From the IMG/VR virus record IMGVR_UViG_3300045955_000127, positions 1-58,537 of that record: a stretch of DNA of 58,537 nt; one strand, 5' to 3'. Below are positions 27,321 to 36,872 of this stretch, piece after piece (positions within the stretch are counted from its first letter, which is position 1; each line of letters starts with the position of its first letter). Below the pieces are notes generated by a model, which saw nothing but the letters and a program-made list of their open reading frames with translations, searched no databases and had not been told where the DNA came from. The stretch is from a virus. Lineage: Duplodnaviria; Caudoviricetes. The position numbers and the translations under genes are program-made.

Positions 27321-28729
27321 CAGTAAGTACCCCCCGGTCTAAATTCCGGCGTAAAGCCAATAACCTCACAATCCCCCTGTGTCGATAAAACCCACTTGTG
27401 ATAGCGGTCATACTGCCCGCATGTATGCCAGCCGCTCTCTATGTCCTCGACCGCGGCCTCGGTGTGTTCATCCGGCTTGCCTAATTCTCTGACGTGCCAC
27501 GGGACGACGGTGGCGGCGCTCGGCTTGGTATTGTATTCAGGCTTGACTCCGAACATTTGAGAGAGTCGTGCCGGGTCGCCGTGATAGCCAGTCGTCAAAA
27601 ACATCGGCCCCGGATCCCCGCTCCTTTGCTGCGGAACGAAACTCCCGTCGATAAAGATGCTTGAGTTAGTGGAGATCGGCAGCGGTAGTTGATTGCTCGT
27701 TATGCCAAAATAGGGGACGCTCGAAACGTCGCCGTGGCCGACGGCCCAGCGGCGCGCGCGAAGGTTGTAGGAGACGAACATATCGCAGGTCGGCGCATCG
27801 GGCGCGTTAATTGAAACGAAGTGCCAGTAAAGCGTCGACTGTGAAGCATCGAACCACCCGATAGTTTCTTCGATATGATTGCCGTCCAGCATTCTGAAAA
27901 ACCACCTGGCAAGATTATTCGGGATACGCTGCGGCGTGTAGCCCGTCGTAATCCAGAAATCGTCAAGCCCGATATACGCCACGAAATCCGGCCCCTGGAT
28001 CACACAACCCCTGCCCCATGTCCCGCTTCCGCCCGAAATGATTTCCCACAGCCAGCCGAAAGGAGCGCCCTGTTGGCCGATGTAGATGGAGTTTTTCTTA
28101 AAGGCGAGCGCGTTTCGGTTAATAAAAGCGCCTGCCACGATCGGCCCCGGAGTATCTAAGATCCGCCCATTTCTGGCCAATGTGGCTGCGCTGTCGGTGA
28201 AATCCGTGTTATCTCCGATCGCGGAGGAGAACCATTGATCGCCGACAAACGCCAGCGCCTGGAGAGATGCCGTAGTCGTGATCAGGGTGTTCGCCGGAGA
28301 TCCGGAGATCGCAGCAAACGACCCCGCCTTGGGACACCGAAAAAGCCCGCCGTTGAGAGCCGCGGCGCAATGAACATCGTCGCCATATTGGGCAAAATCG
28401 GCGAGGGCGCCGGCAGTATGAGCGAAGCCGGCGCCAACAGCCGACCATGTGCCGCCCGATAGTCGGTAAAAATCCACCTGAGTAGACCCATTCTCGACCG
28501 CAGCGAATAAAGCCGTACTTTGATCGATGTAATAAGCCCGAAACGCGCCGATGGGCCTAGCTGGCAGGGCGGCGCCGAGAGAGGCCGTATCATTCAGCGG
28601 CCTAAATCCTGCCGGCGTTGGCTGCACGTTTCTGGCGTCCAAAATAATACCCGGAGTGGTTGCCGGCAGATCCGGCGCGAATTCCGTTAGCGGGATCAAT
28701 CGGCCGCTTCCTGATCGAAAGAGTCCCAT
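27320..28729 (-). CDS. Podovirus tail nozzle / DNA stabilization protein
   Basis: EFAPDLP..ARNVQP..GFRP N-terminus; beta-propeller-like; follows the adaptor. Confidence 0.75.
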   Translation of the reverse strand: MGLFRSGSGRLIPLTEFAPDLPATTPGIILDARNVQPTPAGFRPLNDTASLGAALPARPIGAFRAYYIDQSTALFAAVENGSTQVDFYRLSGGTWSAVGAGFAHTAGALADFAQYGDDVHCAAALNGGLFRCPKAGSFAAISGSPANTLITTTASLQALAFVGDQWFSSAIGDNTDFTDSAATLARNGRILDTPGPIVAGAFINRNALAFKKNSIYIGQQGAPFGWLWEIISGGSGTWGRGCVIQGPDFVAYIGLDDFWITTGYTPQRIPNNLARWFFRMLDGNHIEETIGWFDASQSTLYWHFVSINAPDAPTCDMFVSYNLRARRWAVGHGDVSSVPYFGITSNQLPLPISTNSSIFIDGSFVPQQRSGDPGPMFLTTGYHGDPARLSQMFGVKPEYNTKPSAATVVPWHVRELGKPDEHTEAAVEDIESGWHTCGQYDRYHKWVLSTQGDCEVIGFTPEFRPGGTY

Positions 28730-28736
28730 TTTGTTC

Positions 28737-29666
28737 TTACCACGCCTCCGGACTTGGGCCTTCCTGGCTTTGCTGTTCTCGTTCCTGATCTTGCAGGGAG
28801 ATCTTTTCGCTCTCTGCATTCTCCAGCTCCATCGCCGCAGCCTCTGGGTCATACATGCGCTCACGGTGAATGATGTGCTTTGTGTAACAACGGATTAGCC
28901 TCTCGGCCGTCGTCGTCCAGAAATTACTGTCTGTCACGGCTCGGGGCGGGAAAGGGGCTGAATAATAAGACAGCGTGATCGGAAAGAATTGGATCGGATA
29001 TGGCCAACAGTAAATGCGTTTCTGATAAAAGGCGTAATCTGTTGGATAGACCGTGACCGGTGCTGGCCGGATCACATCGACCTTGCGCAAGTTTCGGTAG
29101 CTCGTTTTCCCTAGCTCGTAGCGAAGATTGGCCGCTGTGATCTCAACTGTCGTTGGCGCAACGTAGTCAATCGGGGGAATGATCTGGTTGATGGTGGGGA
29201 CCGTTGAGAGCTGTGTCCATTTGTTGCTCGCCGGTCCTCGACTATCCGGCCAAGCCTCCACTGTAGCCCAGGTCACTTCGTTGTCTACGGTAGTCCCGAA
29301 GTCTCCGACGTTGAAAATCGGCCCGGGCTGAGCAGCTAACGTAAAAAGCCGATGGTCGAAGGTTGGTATAACGGTGCCGTTATTGCCGGAAGTGAGAGCG
29401 ACAAAAATATATTCGTTCCCATCGTCGGCAGTCTCCCGGATTGTGTATCCGTAGGGCACGAAGAGGCTCCCTGCCCACCCGCCGATGTCGGTATTATCTA
29501 TCTCTGTGAAAAAAAAAGGCTGGCGCGACCAATGCCGGATGGCATCGCGTGCGAAGTCTTGCACTTGTCCGAGAAGATCGGGGCGGTGAAGCTCGCGAAT
29601 AATTCGCTGTAGCATCTCACCGAAAGTCCTCTGATCGGAATTGAGAGGATCATAGGCCTGTGGCAC
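28737..29666 (-). CDS. Head-tail adaptor protein with an inserted module
   Basis: TFGEMLQRIIREL.R..L, PTDYA...IYCWPYP and DSNFWTT.AE.LI motifs. Confidence 0.75.
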   Translation of the reverse strand: MPQAYDPLNSDQRTFGEMLQRIIRELHRPDLLGQVQDFARDAIRHWSRQPFFFTEIDNTDIGGWAGSLFVPYGYTIRETADDGNEYIFVALTSGNNGTVIPTFDHRLFTLAAQPGPIFNVGDFGTTVDNEVTWATVEAWPDSRGPASNKWTQLSTVPTINQIIPPIDYVAPTTVEITAANLRYELGKTSYRNLRKVDVIRPAPVTVYPTDYAFYQKRIYCWPYPIQFFPITLSYYSAPFPPRAVTDSNFWTTTAERLIRCYTKHIIHRERMYDPEAAAMELENAESEKISLQDQEREQQSQEGPSPEAW

Positions 29667-29707
29667 TTGTGCGGCTCCATCGCCCCATCGTTACAGGTAA
29701 GGATGAT

Positions 29708-29926
29708 TTATCGCCCCTTCATTGGACCAGCTTTCTTGCTGGCATGAAGCTCGCCCGGGGCTCCGTGCCCCATTATTTCACCAGACTTGGAATTGACAGT
29801 CTCTTCCATGGAGTCGGTCTGACCGTGAGCGGCGAAAACCTCGTCATAGGAAAAAAACGGAGAGCTGTCCGGAGTATCGGCCCGGCCTTCCGATTCGTTA
29901 TACGCGCTCTTGCTACGCTTGGGCAT
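29708..29926 (-). CDS. Hypothetical protein
   Basis: AAGGAGG SD before MPKRS. Confidence 0.6.
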   Translation of the reverse strand: MPKRSKSAYNESEGRADTPDSSPFFSYDEVFAAHGQTDSMEETVNSKSGEIMGHGAPGELHASKKAGPMKGR

Positions 29927-29927
29927 T

Positions 29928-30104
29928 TTAGTCCTCCTTCTGTTCTGGGTCATCGAGAAAACGACTCGAATGACCGCATGAACGCAAATGTTGACGGATA
30001 CGCTTGACCTGTTCCGGCAGTGGTAGATCCTCAAAGTGCTTCGGCTTTGCCTTTTTCCGCCGATCTTCGATGTTCTCGCTCAGCTTTTCCCTGGAAAGAT
30101 CCAT
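29928..30104 (-). CDS. Small hypothetical protein (58 aa)
   Basis: MDLSREKLSENIEDRR...; TGATG coupling; below the ORF-track cutoff. Confidence 0.5.
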   Translation of the reverse strand: MDLSREKLSENIEDRRKKAKPKHFEDLPLPEQVKRIRQHLRSCGHSSRFLDDPEQKED

Positions 30105-30262
30105 CACTGCGCTTTCGTTTTCTCGCCTTCGGTAGTCCCGAGGAGCGAACGGACTATCTGGTCGGTCGCCCCTCTGGGGCCCTTGCGAGGGTAATCGGGA
30201 TACGGCTCGGGCGGTTTTTCATCGCAATCGTAGCCGCCCTTAAATGGGACAGGCTTTTCCAT
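30104..30262 (-). CDS. Small hypothetical protein (52 aa)
   Basis: MEKPVPFKGG...; TAATG coupling. Confidence 0.45.
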   Translation of the reverse strand: MEKPVPFKGGYDCDEKPPEPYPDYPRKGPRGATDQIVRSLLGTTEGEKTKAQ

Positions 30263-30717
30263 TATTCGTGTTTCACCAAGGCTACGCCATTCACTACGAC
30301 TTCCGCTGCTGCCTGTGCTCCTGCCCCGGTACTCGGCCTGAGTCTCAGATATGCTGACGCGGCGCTGGTATAGAGAATCTGGCCAACTCTGTTGGCGATA
30401 GCCGTGGCATCTGTCAATCTGCCGCCTGCTTGGCCGGTGGTGATGCCCGATTGGTAGACGTTGCCCTGTCCGTCTTCCAGCACGAAAACCAAGGCAGCGC
30501 TTCCATCGAGATCGCCTATATCGATCGAATAACCTCCAAGGCGTCCCGGCGTCGGAACGTAGAACAGCCCGATCAGGTCCGACGTGCCCAAGTCTTGGCT
30601 GGCTGGAATATTGGCTCCGGGTGCGTTCGCCGTGCTAAACGGGATTATCTGTGGATAAACCCCGGTCGGAGCCCCGGCCGCGCCTAACGCGTATTTATCA
30701 GTTGAGAAAACAGCCAT
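30262..30717 (-). CDS. Capsid decoration/cement protein
   Basis: Immediately after the MCP; AGGAGG SD; D.I.LFYVP..DLD motif. Confidence 0.7.
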   Translation of the reverse strand: MAVFSTDKYALGAAGAPTGVYPQIIPFSTANAPGANIPASQDLGTSDLIGLFYVPTPGRLGGYSIDIGDLDGSAALVFVLEDGQGNVYQSGITTGQAGGRLTDATAIANRVGQILYTSAASAYLRLRPSTGAGAQAAAEVVVNGVALVKHE

Positions 30718-30749
30718 AAGAACCCTCCTTAATCCCTGCCAATGCCCAC

Positions 30750-31967
30750 TTATTGAGTCAAAGTGGCTTGAGCGCTTGGACTATCCCGGTCAATTCCGTA
30801 TGTATCGATCGCGATAGACCCGAAATCGACCGAATTGAAAATCACCTTCTTGACTCCCCAGATACTCGAGACGCCGATACCCATCTGGCGCCCGAAGTCC
30901 CTGAGTTCCTCCAGCCAGCGGAACCGGTTCTGTTCGCCGGGGTATCTTCCGAAGGCCAGCGTGGCGGCTTGAGCGCCCATGAAGATTGAGCGCTTAGTGT
31001 TGGCCTTGACTGCGCCGGCGTTCGTAACTGCGTTCGGCACGCGGGCGTTCTCGTGCAAAAGGACATTGTGATACATGCCAACCGCCTCCCACCAGATCGG
31101 GTTATCTCCGACATCGCCGCCCGACATCGCCGCCTTCTCGATATCGAGCCATTGGCCGGTCGTAGTCGACGTTCTGAGATCGGTTACCTGGCTAGGGTGC
31201 ATACACTGGATATGAACCTTGCGCCCAGATACCACCATCGGACGGACGCCAGCAGTGATCGATTTGGCCCATGCAACGGCGATATCGATAAGCCGAATGT
31301 CCATCGGATGGGAACTTGTCAAAGAGTCCGCGTCGGTATTGGTGCCGCCCGGGTAGGGCGCCACGATATGGCGCGAAGGAACGGCCGCAGCCGCGTTCGG
31401 CGAAGGAGCGGTGGCCGCCTGCAATCCGGTGTGTCGGGTATCGGTAAGCTGGACCTGAGAACCGGTCTGGTTGGCCACGGCATGGTCGGCGCGGGCCGCA
31501 TACCAGTCGCCCAGCCTATTGCGAGCGATTTTCCGCATGTCGAACAAAACCCGTTGGATCGAGATGGGCCCCACGAGCAAAACCGCATGCGCGAGTTCGT
31601 GAACCACAAGGGAGTCGCCGTAAGTGGTCGGCTGCTCCTCGTTCCCGGTCAAGGTGTTAAGATCGAGCGTGCCAAGTCCGGAAAGCAGGTTGGTTACCCC
31701 GTAAGTGATCTGGTCGCCGGAGTTCTTGGAAAGGTTGTCCAAGAGGTACACGCACGCGCTCTCCTCGCGAGAGGCGCAGCGCATAAACCACATCTCTTGG
31801 AGAAATGCCGCAAACATCTCCTTGGCCCATCTTTTCGGCGTCAGCGGATCGTTAGTCTGATAACTCCATTCCGCGCAAGCCGCGACCGGGCCGTGGTAGT
31901 CGTAGGATTCCCGTGCGACTACTTCGTCGGTGTTTAGGTCTATGACGATTTTGGTATTTACTCGCAT
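30750..31967 (-). CDS. Major capsid protein, N4-gp56/DUF4043 family
   Basis: NDPL..KRW, GDQITY, LTGNEE, DMRKIARNRLGDW, MHPSQVTDLR, GAQAATLAFG and WLEELRDFG..G..KK..FN..DFG motifs. Confidence 0.92.
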   Translation of the reverse strand: MRVNTKIVIDLNTDEVVARESYDYHGPVAACAEWSYQTNDPLTPKRWAKEMFAAFLQEMWFMRCASREESACVYLLDNLSKNSGDQITYGVTNLLSGLGTLDLNTLTGNEEQPTTYGDSLVVHELAHAVLLVGPISIQRVLFDMRKIARNRLGDWYAARADHAVANQTGSQVQLTDTRHTGLQAATAPSPNAAAAVPSRHIVAPYPGGTNTDADSLTSSHPMDIRLIDIAVAWAKSITAGVRPMVVSGRKVHIQCMHPSQVTDLRTSTTTGQWLDIEKAAMSGGDVGDNPIWWEAVGMYHNVLLHENARVPNAVTNAGAVKANTKRSIFMGAQAATLAFGRYPGEQNRFRWLEELRDFGRQMGIGVSSIWGVKKVIFNSVDFGSIAIDTYGIDRDSPSAQATLTQ

Positions 31968-31968
31968 A

Positions 31969-32037
31969 GGGACGTTCTCCTTATTTTGTCCGGAGTAACG
32001 TCCCGGCTGTCGATGGCTGCACGCTAACGCGGTGCAG
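31969..32037 (-). promoter_or_regulatory. Structured 5' leader of the MCP gene
   Basis: Hairpin GGGACGTTACTCC..GGAGAACGTCCC buries the SD; second hairpin CTGCAC..GTGCAG. Confidence 0.6.
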
Positions 32038-32071
32038 AATTGGCGAGGGTTATATTAACTGTTCAAGGGTG

Positions 32072-32100
32072 TGAATATCGTAAAACGGAAAACGTGTCAA
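32072..32100 (-). promoter_or_regulatory. Promoter/operator upstream of the MCP gene
   Basis: TTGACA-CGTTTTCCGTTTTACGA-TATTCA (weak -10). Confidence 0.5.
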
Positions 32101-33062
32101 GGGGCATTAAAAATAATTTGACTTCCGCTGGATTCGAATTTGAACGGGACGTGAACCAGACGACTTAATTTTTCCCGAACCATGTCCTGCTTTTCCGGGG
32201 GAACAAAGAAGACCATGAATCCGCCGCCGCCGGCGCCAAGGAGCTTCCCGCCGATTGCGCCCGCGCGTCTTCCCTCTGCATAAATTTCGTCTATCTCCGG
32301 GGTCGTGACACCCGGAAGCTGGCGCTTTAACAGCCAAGACTCGTGAAGAATCTTTCCAAACCAGATCCAGTCCTCGTTTAGTAGGGCCGCCAGCCCGGCA
32401 TTGGCATATTCCTGCGTGCGCTCCAGATCGAGCCCCTCATGATCTATCAACTTGACGTATGTTTGGGCAATGTCCGAGGCTGTCCGCTGCCTGCGCGTAT
32501 AGACAAGCATGAGATGATTTTCAAACTCCTCACTGATCGTGAGTTCTTTTATCCGATAGCTGCTATCCGACAAAAATTGGATAAAATTTAACCCCCCGTA
32601 GGCCGTGATCATCTGATCCTGATGGCCAACGCATTCCTGCATTTTTTCGCGCTCGATCCAAATGGCCTGGCTCGCGATCGCATGCGCATCGTGCGGGGCC
32701 CCCGCGAGCGCATGTAGCGCACTTAACAGGCCGACCGTGAACGCCGAACTTGAGCCGATCCCGCTTCTCGCCGGAAGGTCCGCGTCGTGGTGAATTTCGA
32801 GTCCGCGGTGAATTCCGAGATACTTGAGCGTTTCCCGGATACCGGGATGCTTGATTTCGTCTACGGTGCCGCAGTTTTCTATCTCGCGGTAAATCAGGCG
32901 ATACCTGTGATCGAAAAAGGGCGGGAGATAACGGCAGGTAATATAGCAATATTTGTCGATGGTAGTGGCCAGGACTGCGCCGCCGTGCTTGGTGAACCAC
33001 TCGGGATAATCGGTTCCGCCGCCGAAAAAAGAGATGCGGAACGGAGTCCTGCTGATAATCAT
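32097..33062 (-). CDS. hddA: GHMP sugar kinase, D-glycero-D-manno-heptose-7-phosphate kinase-like
   Basis: RTPFRISFFGGGTD, PARSGIGSSSAF, GHQDQ and GGKLLGAGGGGF motifs. Confidence 0.85.
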   Translation of the reverse strand: MIISRTPFRISFFGGGTDYPEWFTKHGGAVLATTIDKYCYITCRYLPPFFDHRYRLIYREIENCGTVDEIKHPGIRETLKYLGIHRGLEIHHDADLPARSGIGSSSAFTVGLLSALHALAGAPHDAHAIASQAIWIEREKMQECVGHQDQMITAYGGLNFIQFLSDSSYRIKELTISEEFENHLMLVYTRRQRTASDIAQTYVKLIDHEGLDLERTQEYANAGLAALLNEDWIWFGKILHESWLLKRQLPGVTTPEIDEIYAEGRRAGAIGGKLLGAGGGGFMVFFVPPEKQDMVREKLSRLVHVPFKFESSGSQIIFNAP

Positions 33063-33262
33063 GGATCATCTCCCGGTAGCTTGTGGATTCCCTTGGGCGG
33101 GTAAAGCTGATGGATTCGGCAAAAATTCTTGTAGCGATAGCGGTGACGCGCTCTATTGGGACAGCGCTGCCCGTTGCGCGTCTTTGCATCGCATTGAGGC
33201 ATCGCGCGGCCGACACGGAGTTCCGTCAGGGTAAAGTTTGATTTGCAGTGGGGGCAGAGCAT
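33059..33262 (-). CDS. Small Zn-finger protein
   Basis: CPHC; CDAKTRNGQRC..FCRIH. Confidence 0.6.
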   Translation of the reverse strand: MLCPHCKSNFTLTELRVGRAMPQCDAKTRNGQRCPNRARHRYRYKNFCRIHQLYPPKGIHKLPGDDP

Positions 33263-33930
33263 TCCGGCATTTGATAATCAGCCAGCGACAACGGCCAGGG
33301 TTGAATGTGAAAACTCTCGATCTGCGGCACGGCATAGACGGGAATCCCGAGGCGCTTTAGCCGAAGAAAAAAGCTAAAATCCTCTCCGAGCCCGAACGGG
33401 TGAGCGCTGGACGGCGGGAACATAGTAAAAGGCAATTCTCCCGAGGCATAGATCGCGTCGAATACTTTCCGGCGAATAAATAGCGTTCCGGCGCCGGCGC
33501 AGTTGACGTTGAGAACGCCCTGCGCTTCCCGGTCCCAGGCAGCCACGAAGCTCAACTTTTCGGTTTTCTCATCGAAATTGAACAGCGTCGGCCTAAACGG
33601 TGCGGATTTCTGCACGTAAACAGCGGATACGACATCGGCTTTGAGTTGGTCTGCGGCGTGCTTTAATCGCACGAGAACGTCGGGCTCGAAGAGATGGTCG
33701 GTATCGAGCATCAATACCCAATCGCCTTTGAAATTCTCTGCGATCCAGTTTCGGGCCATGGCGTGAAGAGAAGACTTAGGGCGGTCATAGTGGATTTGCT
33801 GACCAGGCGGGAGCCCGTATTCGCAGTTGAACAGCGTCATCTGATGGAAAGCCCAACAGAAGTCTTCGAACACGGACGGTACGCCGCCCATGTAGTAGGC
33901 TGAACCTATGATCTTATTTCGGTAGAGCAT
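33226..33930 (-). CDS. GT-A fold (GT2-like) glycosyltransferase
   Basis: ARNWI, VLMLDTD (DxD), GAGTLFIRRKVF and GEDFSF motifs. Confidence 0.82.
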   Translation of the reverse strand: MLYRNKIIGSAYYMGGVPSVFEDFCWAFHQMTLFNCEYGLPPGQQIHYDRPKSSLHAMARNWIAENFKGDWVLMLDTDHLFEPDVLVRLKHAADQLKADVVSAVYVQKSAPFRPTLFNFDEKTEKLSFVAAWDREAQGVLNVNCAGAGTLFIRRKVFDAIYASGELPFTMFPPSSAHPFGLGEDFSFFLRLKRLGIPVYAVPQIESFHIQPWPLSLADYQMPECSAPTANQTLP

Positions 33931-35599
33931 TCGTCCAACTCTCGTTTATGTGAATCACGTCGTCGTCAATCGCGCTACAGACAAGCCCGTGCCCCTCGTA
34001 GTTGTTGTAATCGATAGGTTGATACACGTCGACGAAAAGCCCCGCGGCATGAACCATGCGGTAGATATCGGCCTGCTTGATCGCTCGATCGTGAAACGCG
34101 CTTGCGCCATCGTGGAACATCGCTTGCGGATCTACGCTCTTGTGCTGGTTTTCGTGCGGCCTGCCGCTGTCGTTTGGTACGGTAATGACAAGCCTTCCGC
34201 CGGGCTTCAACACCTTTCGGCAATTCTTGAGAATCTCAATGCCGTCTCCTTCGGAGAGATGCTCAAGGACTTCGCCGAGAATTACAGAATCGAATTCTTT
34301 TTCGAATGGTAGGGCTTCCCTTGCATCGGCCACCACGTCGACCGGGCACTTTCGCGGGAGAAAGCCTTCCGGCCATTCGTCCGTCACGTCGAGATTGACC
34401 ACGCCTTCTGCCTTGAGATCGAGCGGGTCATTGCCGCAGCCTAAGTTTAGCGTTTTCCCGGCCATGTAGCGGCGCTGGAACTGAAACTGAGCAAACCACT
34501 TGAGCCCGTTGCCCTCTATGAAGTTCGACCATTGATCGACTGCACGTTCCCAATTGAACCAATGGCGCGCGTCGGGCATCATTTCTTTTCTAATGGCTTC
34601 TTGAGCTTCGGCGTCGGAGGCGAGGTTGATCAGCTCCCACGCGAAACGGCATTGCGTGAGGCGGTCGACTTTCGGGTCACCGTCGAGCAGGATGCCGTGG
34701 CGCGTATTATCGGCAAGCCCGCCGTAGGCTCGCGTGATAGGAATTGCCCCGCAGGCCTGAGCTTCGCAGACAGAAATGCAATAGGTTTCGAACATCTGAC
34801 ACGGGTAAACCCATAAGCCGGCAGACATGAGTTCACGGTAGAGTTTTTTCTGGCCGATTCTCCCGTGCCAGAAAACTCCCGGGCGATTCATCAGGCGCTG
34901 GGCCTCTTCTTTGAAGGTCTTGAATTGCGAGAAGTGGGGATGGAAATCGATTAGCTTGTCGATATTGTCAAAGCCGTAAAATATGTGCAGCTCGAGATCG
35001 GGAACGCGCTCGCGCGCGCGGGAAAAGATCCACAAGAGCGGCATCAGCCCGCGGTCTGGGCTTGACGTATAGATCAACTTTTTCGGGTTTCTTTCCGGCA
35101 TTCCCTCGGCCTCAATTTCCCGGATAAGGTCTGTTTTAGAGCCGTAGTTTCCCGTGATCCAAAGTTTATCTTTGAGAAACGGGTGCATCTTGAGCATCAA
35201 CTTATAGTGCTCCGCGGTGAGCACGCAATATTTGTCCAGTTTTGCTATGCGTTTCGGGGTAAGTTGATCTCCGTAATGCTCATCCTGTGCCATGAAGACT
35301 ACCGTTTGGCCCGGTCGGTTTTCGGGCTCGCCAAACTTATCCAGAAATTCAGGATTCCTGTAGATAACCCACAGTCCCGGCTCTGAGTAATCAGCGTCTT
35401 TGAAATGCTTCCAGGTTGTGCCGCGCCACTTCGGATCGCAGTCTTTCGGGATTGGGGCGTAGCTGATAACTTCGTAGCCGCGGCGGGCAAGGCGCCAGGC
35501 GAGTTCGATCTGATGTATTTCGCTTCCACCAATACCGGTTTCCCCATTAGCATATGACCAGCTCTCAAAGAACACGCTAGCGTGTAAGTGAATTTTCAT
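33914..35599 (-). CDS. GT4 glycosyltransferase fused to a class I SAM methyltransferase
   Basis: GIGGSE, YTSSPDRGL, FETYCISVCEAQACG; C-terminal LNLGCG, FDSVILGEVLEH and LKPGGRLVITVP. Confidence 0.88.
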   Translation of the reverse strand: MKIHLHASVFFESWSYANGETGIGGSEIHQIELAWRLARRGYEVISYAPIPKDCDPKWRGTTWKHFKDADYSEPGLWVIYRNPEFLDKFGEPENRPGQTVVFMAQDEHYGDQLTPKRIAKLDKYCVLTAEHYKLMLKMHPFLKDKLWITGNYGSKTDLIREIEAEGMPERNPKKLIYTSSPDRGLMPLLWIFSRARERVPDLELHIFYGFDNIDKLIDFHPHFSQFKTFKEEAQRLMNRPGVFWHGRIGQKKLYRELMSAGLWVYPCQMFETYCISVCEAQACGAIPITRAYGGLADNTRHGILLDGDPKVDRLTQCRFAWELINLASDAEAQEAIRKEMMPDARHWFNWERAVDQWSNFIEGNGLKWFAQFQFQRRYMAGKTLNLGCGNDPLDLKAEGVVNLDVTDEWPEGFLPRKCPVDVVADAREALPFEKEFDSVILGEVLEHLSEGDGIEILKNCRKVLKPGGRLVITVPNDSGRPHENQHKSVDPQAMFHDGASAFHDRAIKQADIYRMVHAAGLFVDVYQPIDYNNYEGHGLVCSAIDDDVIHINESWTNALPK

Positions 35600-35674
35600 A
35601 AGTTGTCTCTACGATTCCATGGGAGTTGATCCGATAGAATTCTTCATATCCAGGTATCGGACGAAATTCTGAAT

Positions 35675-36700
35675 TCATCCGAGTTCTTCTAAGCGTTTAT
35701 TGAGAATGCGACCGGCGGTTTTGTCTTGCTTGAGAGCTACATATTCATCGTCGGAAAGCGCCGCCAAGTCTTCATCCGTAAGCCCTGCCACATTTTCCAT
35801 CGGGTCGCGCTGCGAGTTCTTCGTCCCGCCCAAGCCCTGCAAGGCTTGGCCCTTCTTGATGCGCGCTATTTTCTCCTTGGCCTTGTTGAGATCGACCCCC
35901 TTGGAGTCATCCGGTGGCAGCGGCTCGGCTGCCGCCTTTGGTTTCCATCCGAAATGATCCTTGGCGAGTTCGACCACGGCCTCTGCCGGGCTACCCCCGC
36001 GCTGTTCCGCTGTGAACGCGAGCCCCATGAACATCGCCGCCGCGTGTTGGTCGGCTTCTTGGCGCGTCAACCCGCGTTTCTGCCAAAAATCGATGTGCTT
36101 TTGGTAAACAAAATTCGCCACTTCCTCGTATGGTACGTCGGGATGGCTCTGTTTGAATGTGGCCACGTCATTATCCAGAAATATTTTGATCCGACGCTCC
36201 GATTGCTGACGCTCGTTAAACTGTTCTTGCCACTGTCTTTGCTGTTCCTCTTGCTGTTTGAAACGGTCGATGACTTCTTTCTGTTCCTTTATGGACTGCT
36301 TCATGTCCCACATTTCGGCGCCGTATGGATCTTCGTTGGCGTCGGGACGTTTCGATTGAAGATCTGCTTCTTTTAGCCGGTCGGCCTCTTCTCTCTGAAA
36401 GTCTCTGCGTGCTTGGAGCTTTGCGTTCTCTTCGCGAAGGCGCTGAAGTTCTTGCATCTGCTGCTGCTCTTGCGCGCGCAAGCGATCGCGCTGCTCACGA
36501 AGCCGCTTGTTCTCGGCGACGTAATTCTGCTCAGGCCGATCCGGCTCCTTCTCGGGTTCTTTCTCCGGCTCTTTTGCCGGCTGCTTGTCTTCAACCTCGA
36601 TCCCCTCGGCCTCAAGGGCCTTGCGCTCCTCTTCGGTGAGTTGATCGGGATCGTCCTCGGGAAGAAGATTCCCCTTTGAGTCAGTGATTTCAATTGCCAT
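35675..36700 (-). CDS. Capsid scaffolding protein
   Basis: Acidic N-terminus, long coiled coil, DEDLAALSDDEY C-terminus; between portal and MCP. Confidence 0.8.
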   Translation of the reverse strand: MAIEITDSKGNLLPEDDPDQLTEEERKALEAEGIEVEDKQPAKEPEKEPEKEPDRPEQNYVAENKRLREQRDRLRAQEQQQMQELQRLREENAKLQARRDFQREEADRLKEADLQSKRPDANEDPYGAEMWDMKQSIKEQKEVIDRFKQQEEQQRQWQEQFNERQQSERRIKIFLDNDVATFKQSHPDVPYEEVANFVYQKHIDFWQKRGLTRQEADQHAAAMFMGLAFTAEQRGGSPAEAVVELAKDHFGWKPKAAAEPLPPDDSKGVDLNKAKEKIARIKKGQALQGLGGTKNSQRDPMENVAGLTDEDLAALSDDEYVALKQDKTAGRILNKRLEELG

Positions 36701-36872
36701 CGGATTCCTCCTCTAGCTCCTTTAGCGCCCAACGGGGCAGCGGATAATTCCAAGAAAAGATGTGTCCGTTATAACGGCAGACCGGACGGGCCTGGATAGT
36801 TGCCGCGATTCCAAATCCAGACCGCTCCCCCGCCGCGAGAAAGTTGGCCAGGTCGTCGTCGAGTTCGTTCAT
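36690..36872 (-). CDS. Hypothetical protein
   Basis: TGATG coupling. Confidence 0.5.
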   Translation of the reverse strand: MNELDDDLANFLAAGERSGFGIAATIQARPVCRYNGHIFSWNYPLPRWALKELEEESDGN

